From the NCBI GenBank assembly GCA_021851715.1, contig JAJZCR010000001.1, positions 7,517 to 71,516 on the forward strand: a stretch of 64,000 bases of DNA, written 5' to 3'. Numbering within the stretch: position 1 is the first letter of the stretch; every line of letters begins with the position of its first letter. Under the pieces are notes generated by a model that was not told where the DNA came from, ran no database searches, and saw nothing but the letters and a program-made list of their open reading frames with translations. The stretch is from Planctomycetota bacterium (GTDB lineage: Bacteria; Planctomycetota; Phycisphaerae; WQYP01). Both the position numbers and the translations under genes were made by a program. Shown here one piece after another: positions 10,309 through 18,734 of this stretch.

Positions 10309-12162
10309 CTACGCACCACCGCGCGATAAACAAGTGGCCAGGACTTCATATTCCCGGCCCATTGAGTGTTCATCGCTCACCGGCCCGCGGCCCATCCGGC
10401 GCGGCCAGGGCGCATCAACAGCGGCCCTGCGCCGGCTGCGGCCATCAGGCCCAGCGGAGCCGGTGGGCTTGGATGCGGCCGAGCTGAAATTGCCCAGTTC
10501 CAACTTTTTCTTGCCGGATTCCAGAAGCTCAAAACTGCCCGACCCACCGGTGATCTTGATTCGCGACCCCACGCTCACATTGGCAAAAGCGCCGGAAAGG
10601 CCATTGGAGAGCACGAAAGTGAACAGGTCGTTGGCGGTTGGAGTAAACCCGCCAACCAGGCGTACGGATAAATCGCCGCCCAAAGTGACCAAGCCGGCGA
10701 CGCCGGCACTGCCGGCATCGGCAGTCGTCGTGTCGAGAACGTCGTAGCCGTTGGTTTTCGTTCCCTGACTTGTACCCCCGATATCAATGGCCAGGGTGCC
10801 GGCAGTTTGTTTGTAATTGCCGCCGATGAGCGTTTTCCCCGTCGTCCCGATGCCGCCCACCGCCAGCGTACCCCCGGAATTGGTGAAGGTGCCGGCGCTG
10901 TTGGCGGTGGTAATGGGGGCGTAGCTAAGGCTGGAGCTGCACATCGCCAGCGTCCCGCCGGTAAACTTGAAGGTTCCCGTGAACCCGCCGCTGGTACCGG
11001 CGATTTCCGGCGTGGTAAGAGTGCCCCCCGACAGATTTACGGTGGCCCCCGTGCCAAGCTGCATGGCCTGGCTCTCCTTAACAGCACCGGTGCCTGCGAC
11101 GTGGAGAATACCCCCTGCCTGCAATTTAATCCCACCGACCGACAACGTGCCTCCGCTGACGCTCATCGTTGCGGTTCCGGGGTTGGTAGCGCCTTTGGCG
11201 AGGGTGCCGCCGCCGATGTAGTTGTAATTGCTCGAACAAACTTCAACCGTGCCGCCTGTTTGGGTATAATTGGAGACGCCCCTGGTTGCGCTACCGTCAA
11301 CGGGCTGCATGACAATCTGGTTGAGATAAACTTTCCCGCCGGAAATATCTGCGTTGGCCGTAGTGTTGGCTGCGCCTCCATCACCGCTCATAAAGAGGGT
11401 ATAGGTTTTCGTCAGATCGCTGCTATTACCGACCACGCCACCACTGACGTTGAGCGCTGCCGTGGTGGAACCGCGCTGGCTTGCCAGATAAATATGCGAG
11501 AAGTTCGCTCCTGGCGTGAGGGTGCCGCTGCTGACGTTCAGCGTTCCCGCCCCGGAGTAAGCCACCAGCAGGCCAGTTACACTGGGCGTGGTGACGCTAC
11601 CGCCGGTAACCCCAAAGGTTCCTCCATTTTTGACCATCACGTAATTGGAAGCGCCCAACGTTCCCCCAGAGATGTTCACGGTTCCGCCGCCGGAAAAAAA
11701 AGTGCCGACTTGCGAACCCTTTCCGGTTAAATCCAATGCACCGGCTCCGGAATTGGTGACGTTGACAGTGGCACCCTTAATGGGCGCGGCGATGGTATCG
11801 CCGGCACCCCCTGAATTTTCCGTGATGCTGCCCACCGTGAGCGCATGGCCGCCACCGCCGATGGTGTAGATATTCGTGCCCGCGGTGGCACCCAAAACCA
11901 GGCTGCTGATGGTGATCGCCTGGCTCAGCGAAATCGTCTGATGGCCGGTGAGGCCGCCGCTGAGATCAACTGCGTCGGTGGTCCCGTTTGGAAACGCGCT
12001 GTTGGGGCTCCAGTTCGTTTTCGTGTTCCAGGTGTAACGGCCGGCGCTGGCTGGTGTCCAGGTGTAAGTGGCGGCCACCGCGCCGGCGGACGTTACCCCC
12101 AGCGCCGCCCCGGCCATTGCCGCCAAAGCCAGCACTACCTTGATATTGAGTTTCCTGGACAT
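10309..12162 (-). CDS. Secreted Gly/Thr/Ser-rich beta-helix-like protein; paralog of 12276-14162 with a frameshifted PEP-CTERM tail
   Basis: Signal peptide MSRKLNIKVVLALAAMAGAALG; GGT-rich repeats; near-identical blocks to the upstream gene; sorting-signal remnant lies in another frame. Confidence 0.8.
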   Translation of the reverse strand: MSRKLNIKVVLALAAMAGAALGVTSAGAVAATYTWTPASAGRYTWNTKTNWSPNSAFPNGTTDAVDLSGGLTGHQTISLSQAITISSLVLGATAGTNIYTIGGGGHALTVGSITENSGGAGDTIAAPIKGATVNVTNSGAGALDLTGKGSQVGTFFSGGGTVNISGGTLGASNYVMVKNGGTFGVTGGSVTTPSVTGLLVAYSGAGTLNVSSGTLTPGANFSHIYLASQRGSTTAALNVSGGVVGNSSDLTKTYTLFMSGDGGAANTTANADISGGKVYLNQIVMQPVDGSATRGVSNYTQTGGTVEVCSSNYNYIGGGTLAKGATNPGTATMSVSGGTLSVGGIKLQAGGILHVAGTGAVKESQAMQLGTGATVNLSGGTLTTPEIAGTSGGFTGTFKFTGGTLAMCSSSLSYAPITTANSAGTFTNSGGTLAVGGIGTTGKTLIGGNYKQTAGTLAIDIGGTSQGTKTNGYDVLDTTTADAGSAGVAGLVTLGGDLSVRLVGGFTPTANDLFTFVLSNGLSGAFANVSVGSRIKITGGSGSFELLESGKKKLELGNFSSAASKPTGSAGPDGRSRRRAAVDAPWPRRMGRGPVSDEHSMGREYEVLATCLSRGGA

Positions 12163-12275
12163 ACCATTAGTCTCTTTTCACGGCTGCTACGCACAACCGC
12201 ACGAAAAACAAGAGCCGGAGACTTTATATCCCCGGCCCTCCCGTTTTCATCACTCGCCAGTCGGCGGCCCGTCAT

Positions 12276-14162
12276 TCAGGCTCGGCGAGGGCGCATCAAT
12301 AGCAGCCCCACACCGGCCATGGCCAGCAGGCCAAGCGTCGCTGGTTCGGGTATAGACGTGCTTTCAAAATTCGACAGATAAAGTTCGTTGCCGGATTGTA
12401 AAAGCTCAAAACTTCCCGATCCGCCGATGACGCCGATTCGCGAATTCACCGCCACATTGGCAAAAGCGCCGGAAAGTCCATTGGAGAGCAGAAAAGCGAA
12501 CGCATCGGTCGCGGTCGGAGTAAACCCATTAACCAGGCTTACGGATAAATCGCCCCCCAACGTGACCAAGCCGGCACCGGCACCGCTGCCGGCATCGGCA
12601 GTCGTTGTGTCGAGAAGGTCGTAGCCGTTGGTTTTCACCCCCTGGTTGACTCCGCCAATGTCGATAGCCAGCGTGCCGGAGGTCTGATCGTAATTGCCGG
12701 CCAGTAACGTTTTCCCCGTGGTCCCCACTCCGCCCACCGCCAGCGTACCCCCGGAATTGGTGAAGGTGCCAGTGTTATTGGCGGTAGTAATGGGGTCGTA
12801 GCTCAGGCTGGAGTTGTACATCGACAGCGTTCCGCCGGTAAAGTTGAAGGTTCCCGTGAACCCGCCGCTGGCACCGGCGATTTCCGGCGTGGTAAGAATG
12901 CCTCCCGACAGATTTACGATACCCCCCGTGCTAAGCTGCATGGCTTGGCTCTCATCAACGGAACCGGTGCCGTTGACATTCAGAATACCCCCTGCCTGCA
13001 ATTTAATTCCACCGAGCGACAACGTACCGCCGCTGACGCGCATCGTTGCGGTTCCAGGAGTGGTGGCGGGGGAGGTGATAGTACCACCGCCGATGTAGTT
13101 ATAGTTGCCCGTATAAACGTCAACAGTGCCGCCCGTTTGCGTGAAATTGGAGGTGGCCGCGTTGGCACCACTGGCACCGGGCAGCATGACAATCTGGTTA
13201 AGATAAACATTACCACCGGAAATATTAACGTTCGACGTGGTACTCGCCGCGGCATCACCACTCAAATTGACGTGATAGGTTTTTGTGAGGTCGCTGCTAT
13301 AACCGAGCACACCACCGGTGACATTGAGCGATCCTGTGGTGGAGGAGCCTTGGTTGGCTATGTAAATCCCCAACCCGGAGCCGCTTCCCGGCACCAGGCT
13401 GCCGCTGCTCACGCTCAGCGTTCCAGCGCCGTTGTCACTGATCAGCATACCATTGGGGCTGGTCGTGGTTACGGCTCCTCCATTTACCGCAAAGGTACCC
13501 CCTATTTCGGCCCAGACCGAATAGATGCCTCCCGCAGTCAGCGTGCCGCCGGATACACTCACTGTCCCGCGCTCAGCGAAAATAGAACCCGTGGACGAGC
13601 CACCTCCGTCCAGCGCCAACGTGCCCGCCGCGTTGCCGGCGATCGAATCGTATTGGATGTAGTTGCCGCTGCCGCCGGAAAGCGTAAGCTTCCCAGAAAG
13701 CGTAAGCGTGCCCGCGCTGGAGTTGGTGATCACAAGGTTGTTGCCGCTTCCCGTGGAACCAGTGATCGGTGCGGCGATGGTATCGCCGGCGCTACCCAGG
13801 TTTTCCGTGATATTGCCGACTGTGAGCGCGTTGCCCGAGCCGCCGCCGACGGTGTAGGTGTTGGAACCGTCGCCGTTGGTGGCCGGGCTGCCCAACGTCA
13901 GCGCCGAAAGCGTAATTCCCCGGCCCAGCGAAATCACCTGATTGCCGACGATGCCGGGGGTGAGATAGGCCCCGTCGCTGGTCGCATTTGGAAACCCGGT
14001 GTTGGGGCTCCAGTTACTGGTGGTAGTCCAGGCGTAACTACCGCCAGTGGTTGGTGTCCAAGTGTACGTGGTTGCCCGCACGCCGGCGGACTGTACCGCC
14101 ATCGCCGCCCCGGCCACAGCCGCCGAAGCCAGCACTACTTTGAGATTGAGTTTCCTTGACAT
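12276..14162 (-). CDS. PEP-CTERM surface protein, Gly/Thr/Ser-rich passenger-like beta-helix
   Basis: GAAAGGAG RBS before ATG 14162; signal peptide; C-terminus IPEPATLGLLAMAGVGLLLMRPRRA. Confidence 0.9.
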   Translation of the reverse strand: MSRKLNLKVVLASAAVAGAAMAVQSAGVRATTYTWTPTTGGSYAWTTTSNWSPNTGFPNATSDGAYLTPGIVGNQVISLGRGITLSALTLGSPATNGDGSNTYTVGGGSGNALTVGNITENLGSAGDTIAAPITGSTGSGNNLVITNSSAGTLTLSGKLTLSGGSGNYIQYDSIAGNAAGTLALDGGGSSTGSIFAERGTVSVSGGTLTAGGIYSVWAEIGGTFAVNGGAVTTTSPNGMLISDNGAGTLSVSSGSLVPGSGSGLGIYIANQGSSTTGSLNVTGGVLGYSSDLTKTYHVNLSGDAAASTTSNVNISGGNVYLNQIVMLPGASGANAATSNFTQTGGTVDVYTGNYNYIGGGTITSPATTPGTATMRVSGGTLSLGGIKLQAGGILNVNGTGSVDESQAMQLSTGGIVNLSGGILTTPEIAGASGGFTGTFNFTGGTLSMYNSSLSYDPITTANNTGTFTNSGGTLAVGGVGTTGKTLLAGNYDQTSGTLAIDIGGVNQGVKTNGYDLLDTTTADAGSGAGAGLVTLGGDLSVSLVNGFTPTATDAFAFLLSNGLSGAFANVAVNSRIGVIGGSGSFELLQSGNELYLSNFESTSIPEPATLGLLAMAGVGLLLMRPRRA

Positions 14163-14232
14163 ACAGCACTCTCCTTTCAAAAAAGAGCTAAATCGCAATC
14201 GGCCGGCGGCCACAAACCGCTGACACATTTGC

Positions 14233-15432
14233 TCAAACCTTTTGAGCCTTCCGTGGCCGCCGGATTCCAGCCGGCGCGCCGGCCCGGTCGATACCCTTAT
14301 CATCCGGTGCTGCCGCCGTCGCGCGGTCCGTCTCAACGATTTCGATATTCACTTCACTGCTTTCCGCCGCTTCTCCCTGTATGCGACTCAGCAGCATCTG
14401 TCCGAATTCCTGAACGAATTCATTGGGATCCACCTGTAATTTTACAATTGGAAACGGACTGGTCAGCCCGGAACCCTTGTTGAAATGCGTAACCACCAGC
14501 AGATCTTCCGGCACGCGAATGCCCAACTGACAAATAGCCATCGCCGCGCCCAAAAACAGCACATCGTCGCACACCACCAGGCCATCGGGTTTTTCCCGGC
14601 TGCTGGCCCAGATTTCCCGAAATTCCTCCCAGCCTGCGCCTGGCGCTCCAGGCGGAAGATCGTTGCGTATCCAAGATTGATTGACCGCCGCGCCCGCCGC
14701 TGCCAACGCTTTCTGAAAGCTGTCCAGCACCGGATCAGAACGCGGTACCCCTGGCAACCGCGGCTCCAGCCACTGCATCAACGCAATGCGCCGGCGGCCG
14801 TGCCGCAACAAGTACTCCGCTCCCATCTGACTCTTGCGCGGGTCGTAAATCAGTGGACAGCAGGAACCCGATGGTTCATTGATTTCCCGGGAGCGGACTA
14901 CGGGAATGTCCTTCCCGCGCAGCAGCTCCAACCAGCCTGAGCCGGTCGGTTCATCCAGGGCCAGGACCCCGCGTATCTGGTGGCTGTCAAGCGCTTGGGC
15001 AAATTCGGTGCAGGTTAGATCGGCGCGCGGCGGCTCCGCATGGGAAACATCGCCTACGTACAACTTGGCGGAAAAGCCCTGCGCTTGGAAAAAGCGCACC
15101 AATTGCCGCGGCACATAACGGTAAAAATAGGAGGCGTGCGGATCAAAAATATCCCGCTCGCACCACACCGCCACATGCCGGCCCGCATTCCAGTCGCAAA
15201 CGTAGGTTCCACTGCCGGAACGGCGTTCCACCAGACCTTGCGTTTCCAGCACGCTTAGCGATTCCCGCACCGTCTGATAGCTTACGCCGAATCCCTTGGC
15301 CATCTCCATAATCGGGGGCATGATCTGGCCCGGCTTGTAATGGGCCATGATTTCCCGCCGCAGGACGTCCGTGATCTGCTTGGCCAAGTTGGACCGCACG
15401 ATAGACTGGGTTGTAAACGCCGCATTTTTCAT
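14233..15432 (-). CDS. GntR-HTH / LacI-type effector-domain transcriptional regulator
   Basis: N-terminal wHTH (MAKGFGVSYQTVRESLSVLETQGLVERRSGSGTYV); C-terminal periplasmic-binding fold (PDGLVVCDD, GIRVPEDL). Confidence 0.9.
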   Translation of the reverse strand: MKNAAFTTQSIVRSNLAKQITDVLRREIMAHYKPGQIMPPIMEMAKGFGVSYQTVRESLSVLETQGLVERRSGSGTYVCDWNAGRHVAVWCERDIFDPHASYFYRYVPRQLVRFFQAQGFSAKLYVGDVSHAEPPRADLTCTEFAQALDSHQIRGVLALDEPTGSGWLELLRGKDIPVVRSREINEPSGSCCPLIYDPRKSQMGAEYLLRHGRRRIALMQWLEPRLPGVPRSDPVLDSFQKALAAAGAAVNQSWIRNDLPPGAPGAGWEEFREIWASSREKPDGLVVCDDVLFLGAAMAICQLGIRVPEDLLVVTHFNKGSGLTSPFPIVKLQVDPNEFVQEFGQMLLSRIQGEAAESSEVNIEIVETDRATAAAPDDKGIDRAGAPAGIRRPRKAQKV

Positions 15433-15689
15433 CAAATTCTCACGATCATTTTTTTGCAAATTATAAAGCCAATAGCTGCTAACTAACTACAATATTAACA
15501 AAATAAATCACAACGTCAATCAAAAAGCCTCAAAACCCCGATGGCCGTCAGATCGATCTCAATTTTTGCACATCATACCACCCGTCACGCACACTGTCAA
15601 ATAATAAAACACTCACAACTAATTCTAGTAGCAATCGAGTCAATCGCTTTCCGCTGATAACGATACCGACCGTCCCACCGCATGTCAAA

Positions 15690-17327
15690 TCAAAATTTCC
15701 GCCAAGTCCGGCCTGCGGATCCGTTGCATTCAGCGCACCGCCGCCGGGGCCACAGAAAAACACCAGCCCCCAGCAGCACGAAAAACATCGTTCGCGGCTC
15801 GGGCACCGCCGTAAAATTCCAGGCCAGTGCGTAGTCGCCGACCGGATTGGCGGCCGTTGCCGAACCAAGCTCCATTACCGCCAGATCATATTCGCCTGGC
15901 GTCAGGCCCGTCAGGTCAAGTTGTTGCACGTTATCGATGGCGCTTTGACTCCACGCAAGTTGCCCGGAGGTGTTGAGCAAATACAAATAATAGTGCGGCA
16001 TCTTCAGAGTGCCGCCTGCCCAGGTGACATTCCAGTCCAAGGTGGCGTTTAAATTCCATAGGGTATGCGCGCCGCCAGTGAGGTCAAATGCGTAGTGATT
16101 AAGTTGATTGTTTCCGACGGTGGTGGAAATGGCGGCCAGATTCCAACCCTCCAGCGATGATTCAACCGGCCCAACCAAGTTAGCAACCGGAACGGCATTA
16201 ACCGGCAGCGATGTGGCACCGGTGGCGGCGTGTTCACCGGCGATCAGGTTTTCATAAGAATTGTAAACATTTACCACACCCGAACCATACCGCGGATCCA
16301 GCGGCGTAATGGCGAAATTCGTCGGCGCATTGTACGTGTAGATTCCATTACCGGCGCTGTAAGAATTGGTCCAGCCGGGCGGCTTCGTCGCGCCGTTCAG
16401 GAGCAGGGCCTTAATCGTGCGAATATCCGTAGCGGCGGTGGCGGTGCCGGCTCCGCCCAGCCCCTCAGCCCCGGCCTGAACCAGCAGAGTAGCCGCACCG
16501 GAAACAACCGGCGTGCTGAAGCTGGTGGCGGTGCCGGGAGCGGTAATATCCGGCTTAGACCGGCCATCCCACGTTGGCCCAATGCCGGAACCACCATTCA
16601 GAGCCGCCACACCGATACTGTTGTAAGCGTCACCGGGCGGGTTGATTTGGCTCGGCGGCGAGGTGAGCGTGCTCGAACCATCGCCGATCGCGGATACAAA
16701 AAGGGTATTATTGGCGGCGGCATAGTTGTCGTAAAGAGCGTCGAGAAATGGGATGCCCGAGGGGGAGCTGTTTTCATAAGGAAAGATAAAGCTCTGGTTG
16801 ACCACTTCGGGAGCGTTGGTCTGCCCGGTTGGAACCAGTGTTTTTCCACCCGATATCGTCGTCCATGATTGCGTTGCATCCCACACATAGATGCTCGACA
16901 CCCCCGGCGATACGCCATGGTATGGAGATCCCCCGTAAAATATCTGGGCGACGTCGGTGGCATGGTTGGATTCTTCAGTAGTGTTCTGCGTGGAAGCTAC
17001 GGTTCCGTTACCGTTTACAAAGGTAAACTTGGAGGTCGGCTGGCCGGTGGAACTGATGATGGGTTCAAATGCGTCCGTTGTGGTCGAAGTGCTTGCCTCC
17101 ACTTGGGCCACCGTAACGCCGGATCCGGTAAGGCCGGGTGCCACCTGCTGAAGCTCGGACAGGCCAATTTGCTGGTCCAGCGTCAGCGCCCCGTTCACTG
17201 GCGGCACGCTAACTGTCGCCACTGCGGCCACAGCCAACACGCAATTGTAGCTGGAACAGAGCACCAGCCTGCGACGGTTTTTCCCAGCCATTACGTTGGG
17301 CCAAAGAAAAGATATTTTCGTTGCCAT
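15690..17327 (-). CDS. S8 subtilase-like peptidase with PEP-CTERM sorting signal
   Basis: GSGVTVAQVE, NHATDVA, KPDITAPG, TSFSTPVVSGAA motifs; C-terminal VPEPRTMFFVLLGAGVFLWPRRR. Confidence 0.85.
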   Translation of the reverse strand: MATKISFLWPNVMAGKNRRRLVLCSSYNCVLAVAAVATVSVPPVNGALTLDQQIGLSELQQVAPGLTGSGVTVAQVEASTSTTTDAFEPIISSTGQPTSKFTFVNGNGTVASTQNTTEESNHATDVAQIFYGGSPYHGVSPGVSSIYVWDATQSWTTISGGKTLVPTGQTNAPEVVNQSFIFPYENSSPSGIPFLDALYDNYAAANNTLFVSAIGDGSSTLTSPPSQINPPGDAYNSIGVAALNGGSGIGPTWDGRSKPDITAPGTATSFSTPVVSGAATLLVQAGAEGLGGAGTATAATDIRTIKALLLNGATKPPGWTNSYSAGNGIYTYNAPTNFAITPLDPRYGSGVVNVYNSYENLIAGEHAATGATSLPVNAVPVANLVGPVESSLEGWNLAAISTTVGNNQLNHYAFDLTGGAHTLWNLNATLDWNVTWAGGTLKMPHYYLYLLNTSGQLAWSQSAIDNVQQLDLTGLTPGEYDLAVMELGSATAANPVGDYALAWNFTAVPEPRTMFFVLLGAGVFLWPRRRCAECNGSAGRTWRKF

Positions 17328-17358
17328 ATAATTCCTTTTTTGCGAAATACATATTGAA

Positions 17359-17384
17359 TAGCTAATAGTTGCGATTATTAGCTA
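17359..17384. promoter_or_regulatory. Inverted repeat TAGCTAATA-N8-TATTAGCTA, putative operator
   Basis: Perfect 9-bp arms in AT-rich DNA about 30 nt upstream of the S8 gene. Confidence 0.5.
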
Positions 17385-17649
17385 CAAATCTTATGTTTAT
17401 TCTACGCCAATGCGCCGGCAAGGTCAACCCAACCTTCCCATCTCGGCAGAACAGCTTTTTGCTTTTTCCAGCCAGCGTGTCGGCGGCAGGCGTGTGGCGT
17501 GGCGCGTAGCGGTGGCGGCTCGACGTGAGGGCGAGTGCGGCGGGGTCGAACGGGCGGGTTCAAAACGGGCGATCCGGGGCATGACCACATGCCGCGTTCA
17601 GGAAGAGTTGAGTTGGATTTGAATGCGTTCGGCGGCGGTGATCGATTCG

Positions 17650-17797
17650 CGGGCGCGGCAAAGCACGCTTTCCACCCCAGATTCAATACCATGATCATGG
17701 CCAGATTGCGCCACATAAGCCGGTGATCTGCGTAATAAAGCTTCATCTCCGGGCTGATTTCTTCAGCATGAACCAACGCTGGAGATTCTTCGTTCAT
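17650..17797 (-). pseudogene. N-terminal fragment of a membrane (possibly MFS) protein
   Basis: MNEESPALVHAEEISPEMKLYYADHRLMWRNLAMIMVLNLGWKACF then abruptly non-protein-like sequence. Confidence 0.3.
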
Positions 17798-18331
17798 GTC
17801 AGGTTCGTCTCCTGATGCATCGAAAAAAACTAATTGATATCTAATACAAACTATGCTTACAGGCAACACTATGGCCGCCCGACCACCATATCAACTCTTA
17901 CATTGAACCAGGAAAGCGTACGGATGCATGACACGTTTTACATATGAGGAAATGGATAACGTCAGTGATGGCTGGGAACATGAATGCTCAAGGCCGCAGC
18001 CTATCGATTTTCACGTCCGAATAAAATTGACGTTACAAAAAGAATCTGATAAGATTAACAAGCGTGGAAAATCAAAATTGTCGGCTTGCGTGCCGGAACT
18101 TTTGAGTTTTTCCAAGATGTGACGTTTGAGTTGATACGGAGTGCGTGGCTTGTAAGGCCGATGTGGTTGCGGTGAACCTAAAAAAAGCATCCGCGACCAA
18201 TCCAGCACGCCGGTTAAAGTTTTCCCTGGGCAAAATAGAAAGCTATCAGGGAAGACCGGTTCGCCCGGCGAACCGAATAGATTGACGAATGGTGAACCAA
18301 CAGTGGAAAACAACCCCTACAACCCGCAATG

Positions 18332-18476
18332 GATGCTCCCTGGTGGACATGGATCCTGGCATCACATTGGGCCAAACATTCCAGGCCAGGCATCCTGGAA
18401 TGTTCGCCATGGAAAATTCATGGGCATGGGGTCGCCACCCAAGGTGTCAGTCGGTTGCGTCGCATCGGAAAGCATC
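18332..18476 (+). ncRNA. Structured RNA, possibly 6S RNA (strand uncertain)
   Basis: Nested pairings GATGCT/AGCATC, CTGGTG/CATCGG, TGGCATC/GGTGTCA, TTGGG/CCCAA enclosing a perfect 11-bp hairpin (18375-18404); upstream of rny, a common 6S location. Confidence 0.4.
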
Positions 18477-18734
18477 AGTTCCATGATTCGCAATAAGATT
18501 GTCGGCTCCGGTGTCTTACCGGGATCGCCGCCGAGCCGGTGGTAATTTCCTCCATTTGTCATCTATTTTAATCATGCGTGACGGCGCGGGCCTGGTCAGC
18601 TTGACCGAACCTGCGCGATAAGCCGCCAGATCCAGTCAACCATTCGTCCGGCACGTTGCCGGGCGAACAGCCGCGGCTTTACAGTTTCGCTGTTCCATCG
18701 GACCGGGCGAAGCTGGTTTGAGTGAGGTTTTCTT

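Noticed and set aside
17928..18545. Small ORFs 17928-18122 and 18282-18545
   Set aside because: No recognisable motifs or convincing RBS; the region is better explained as non-coding or structured RNA.
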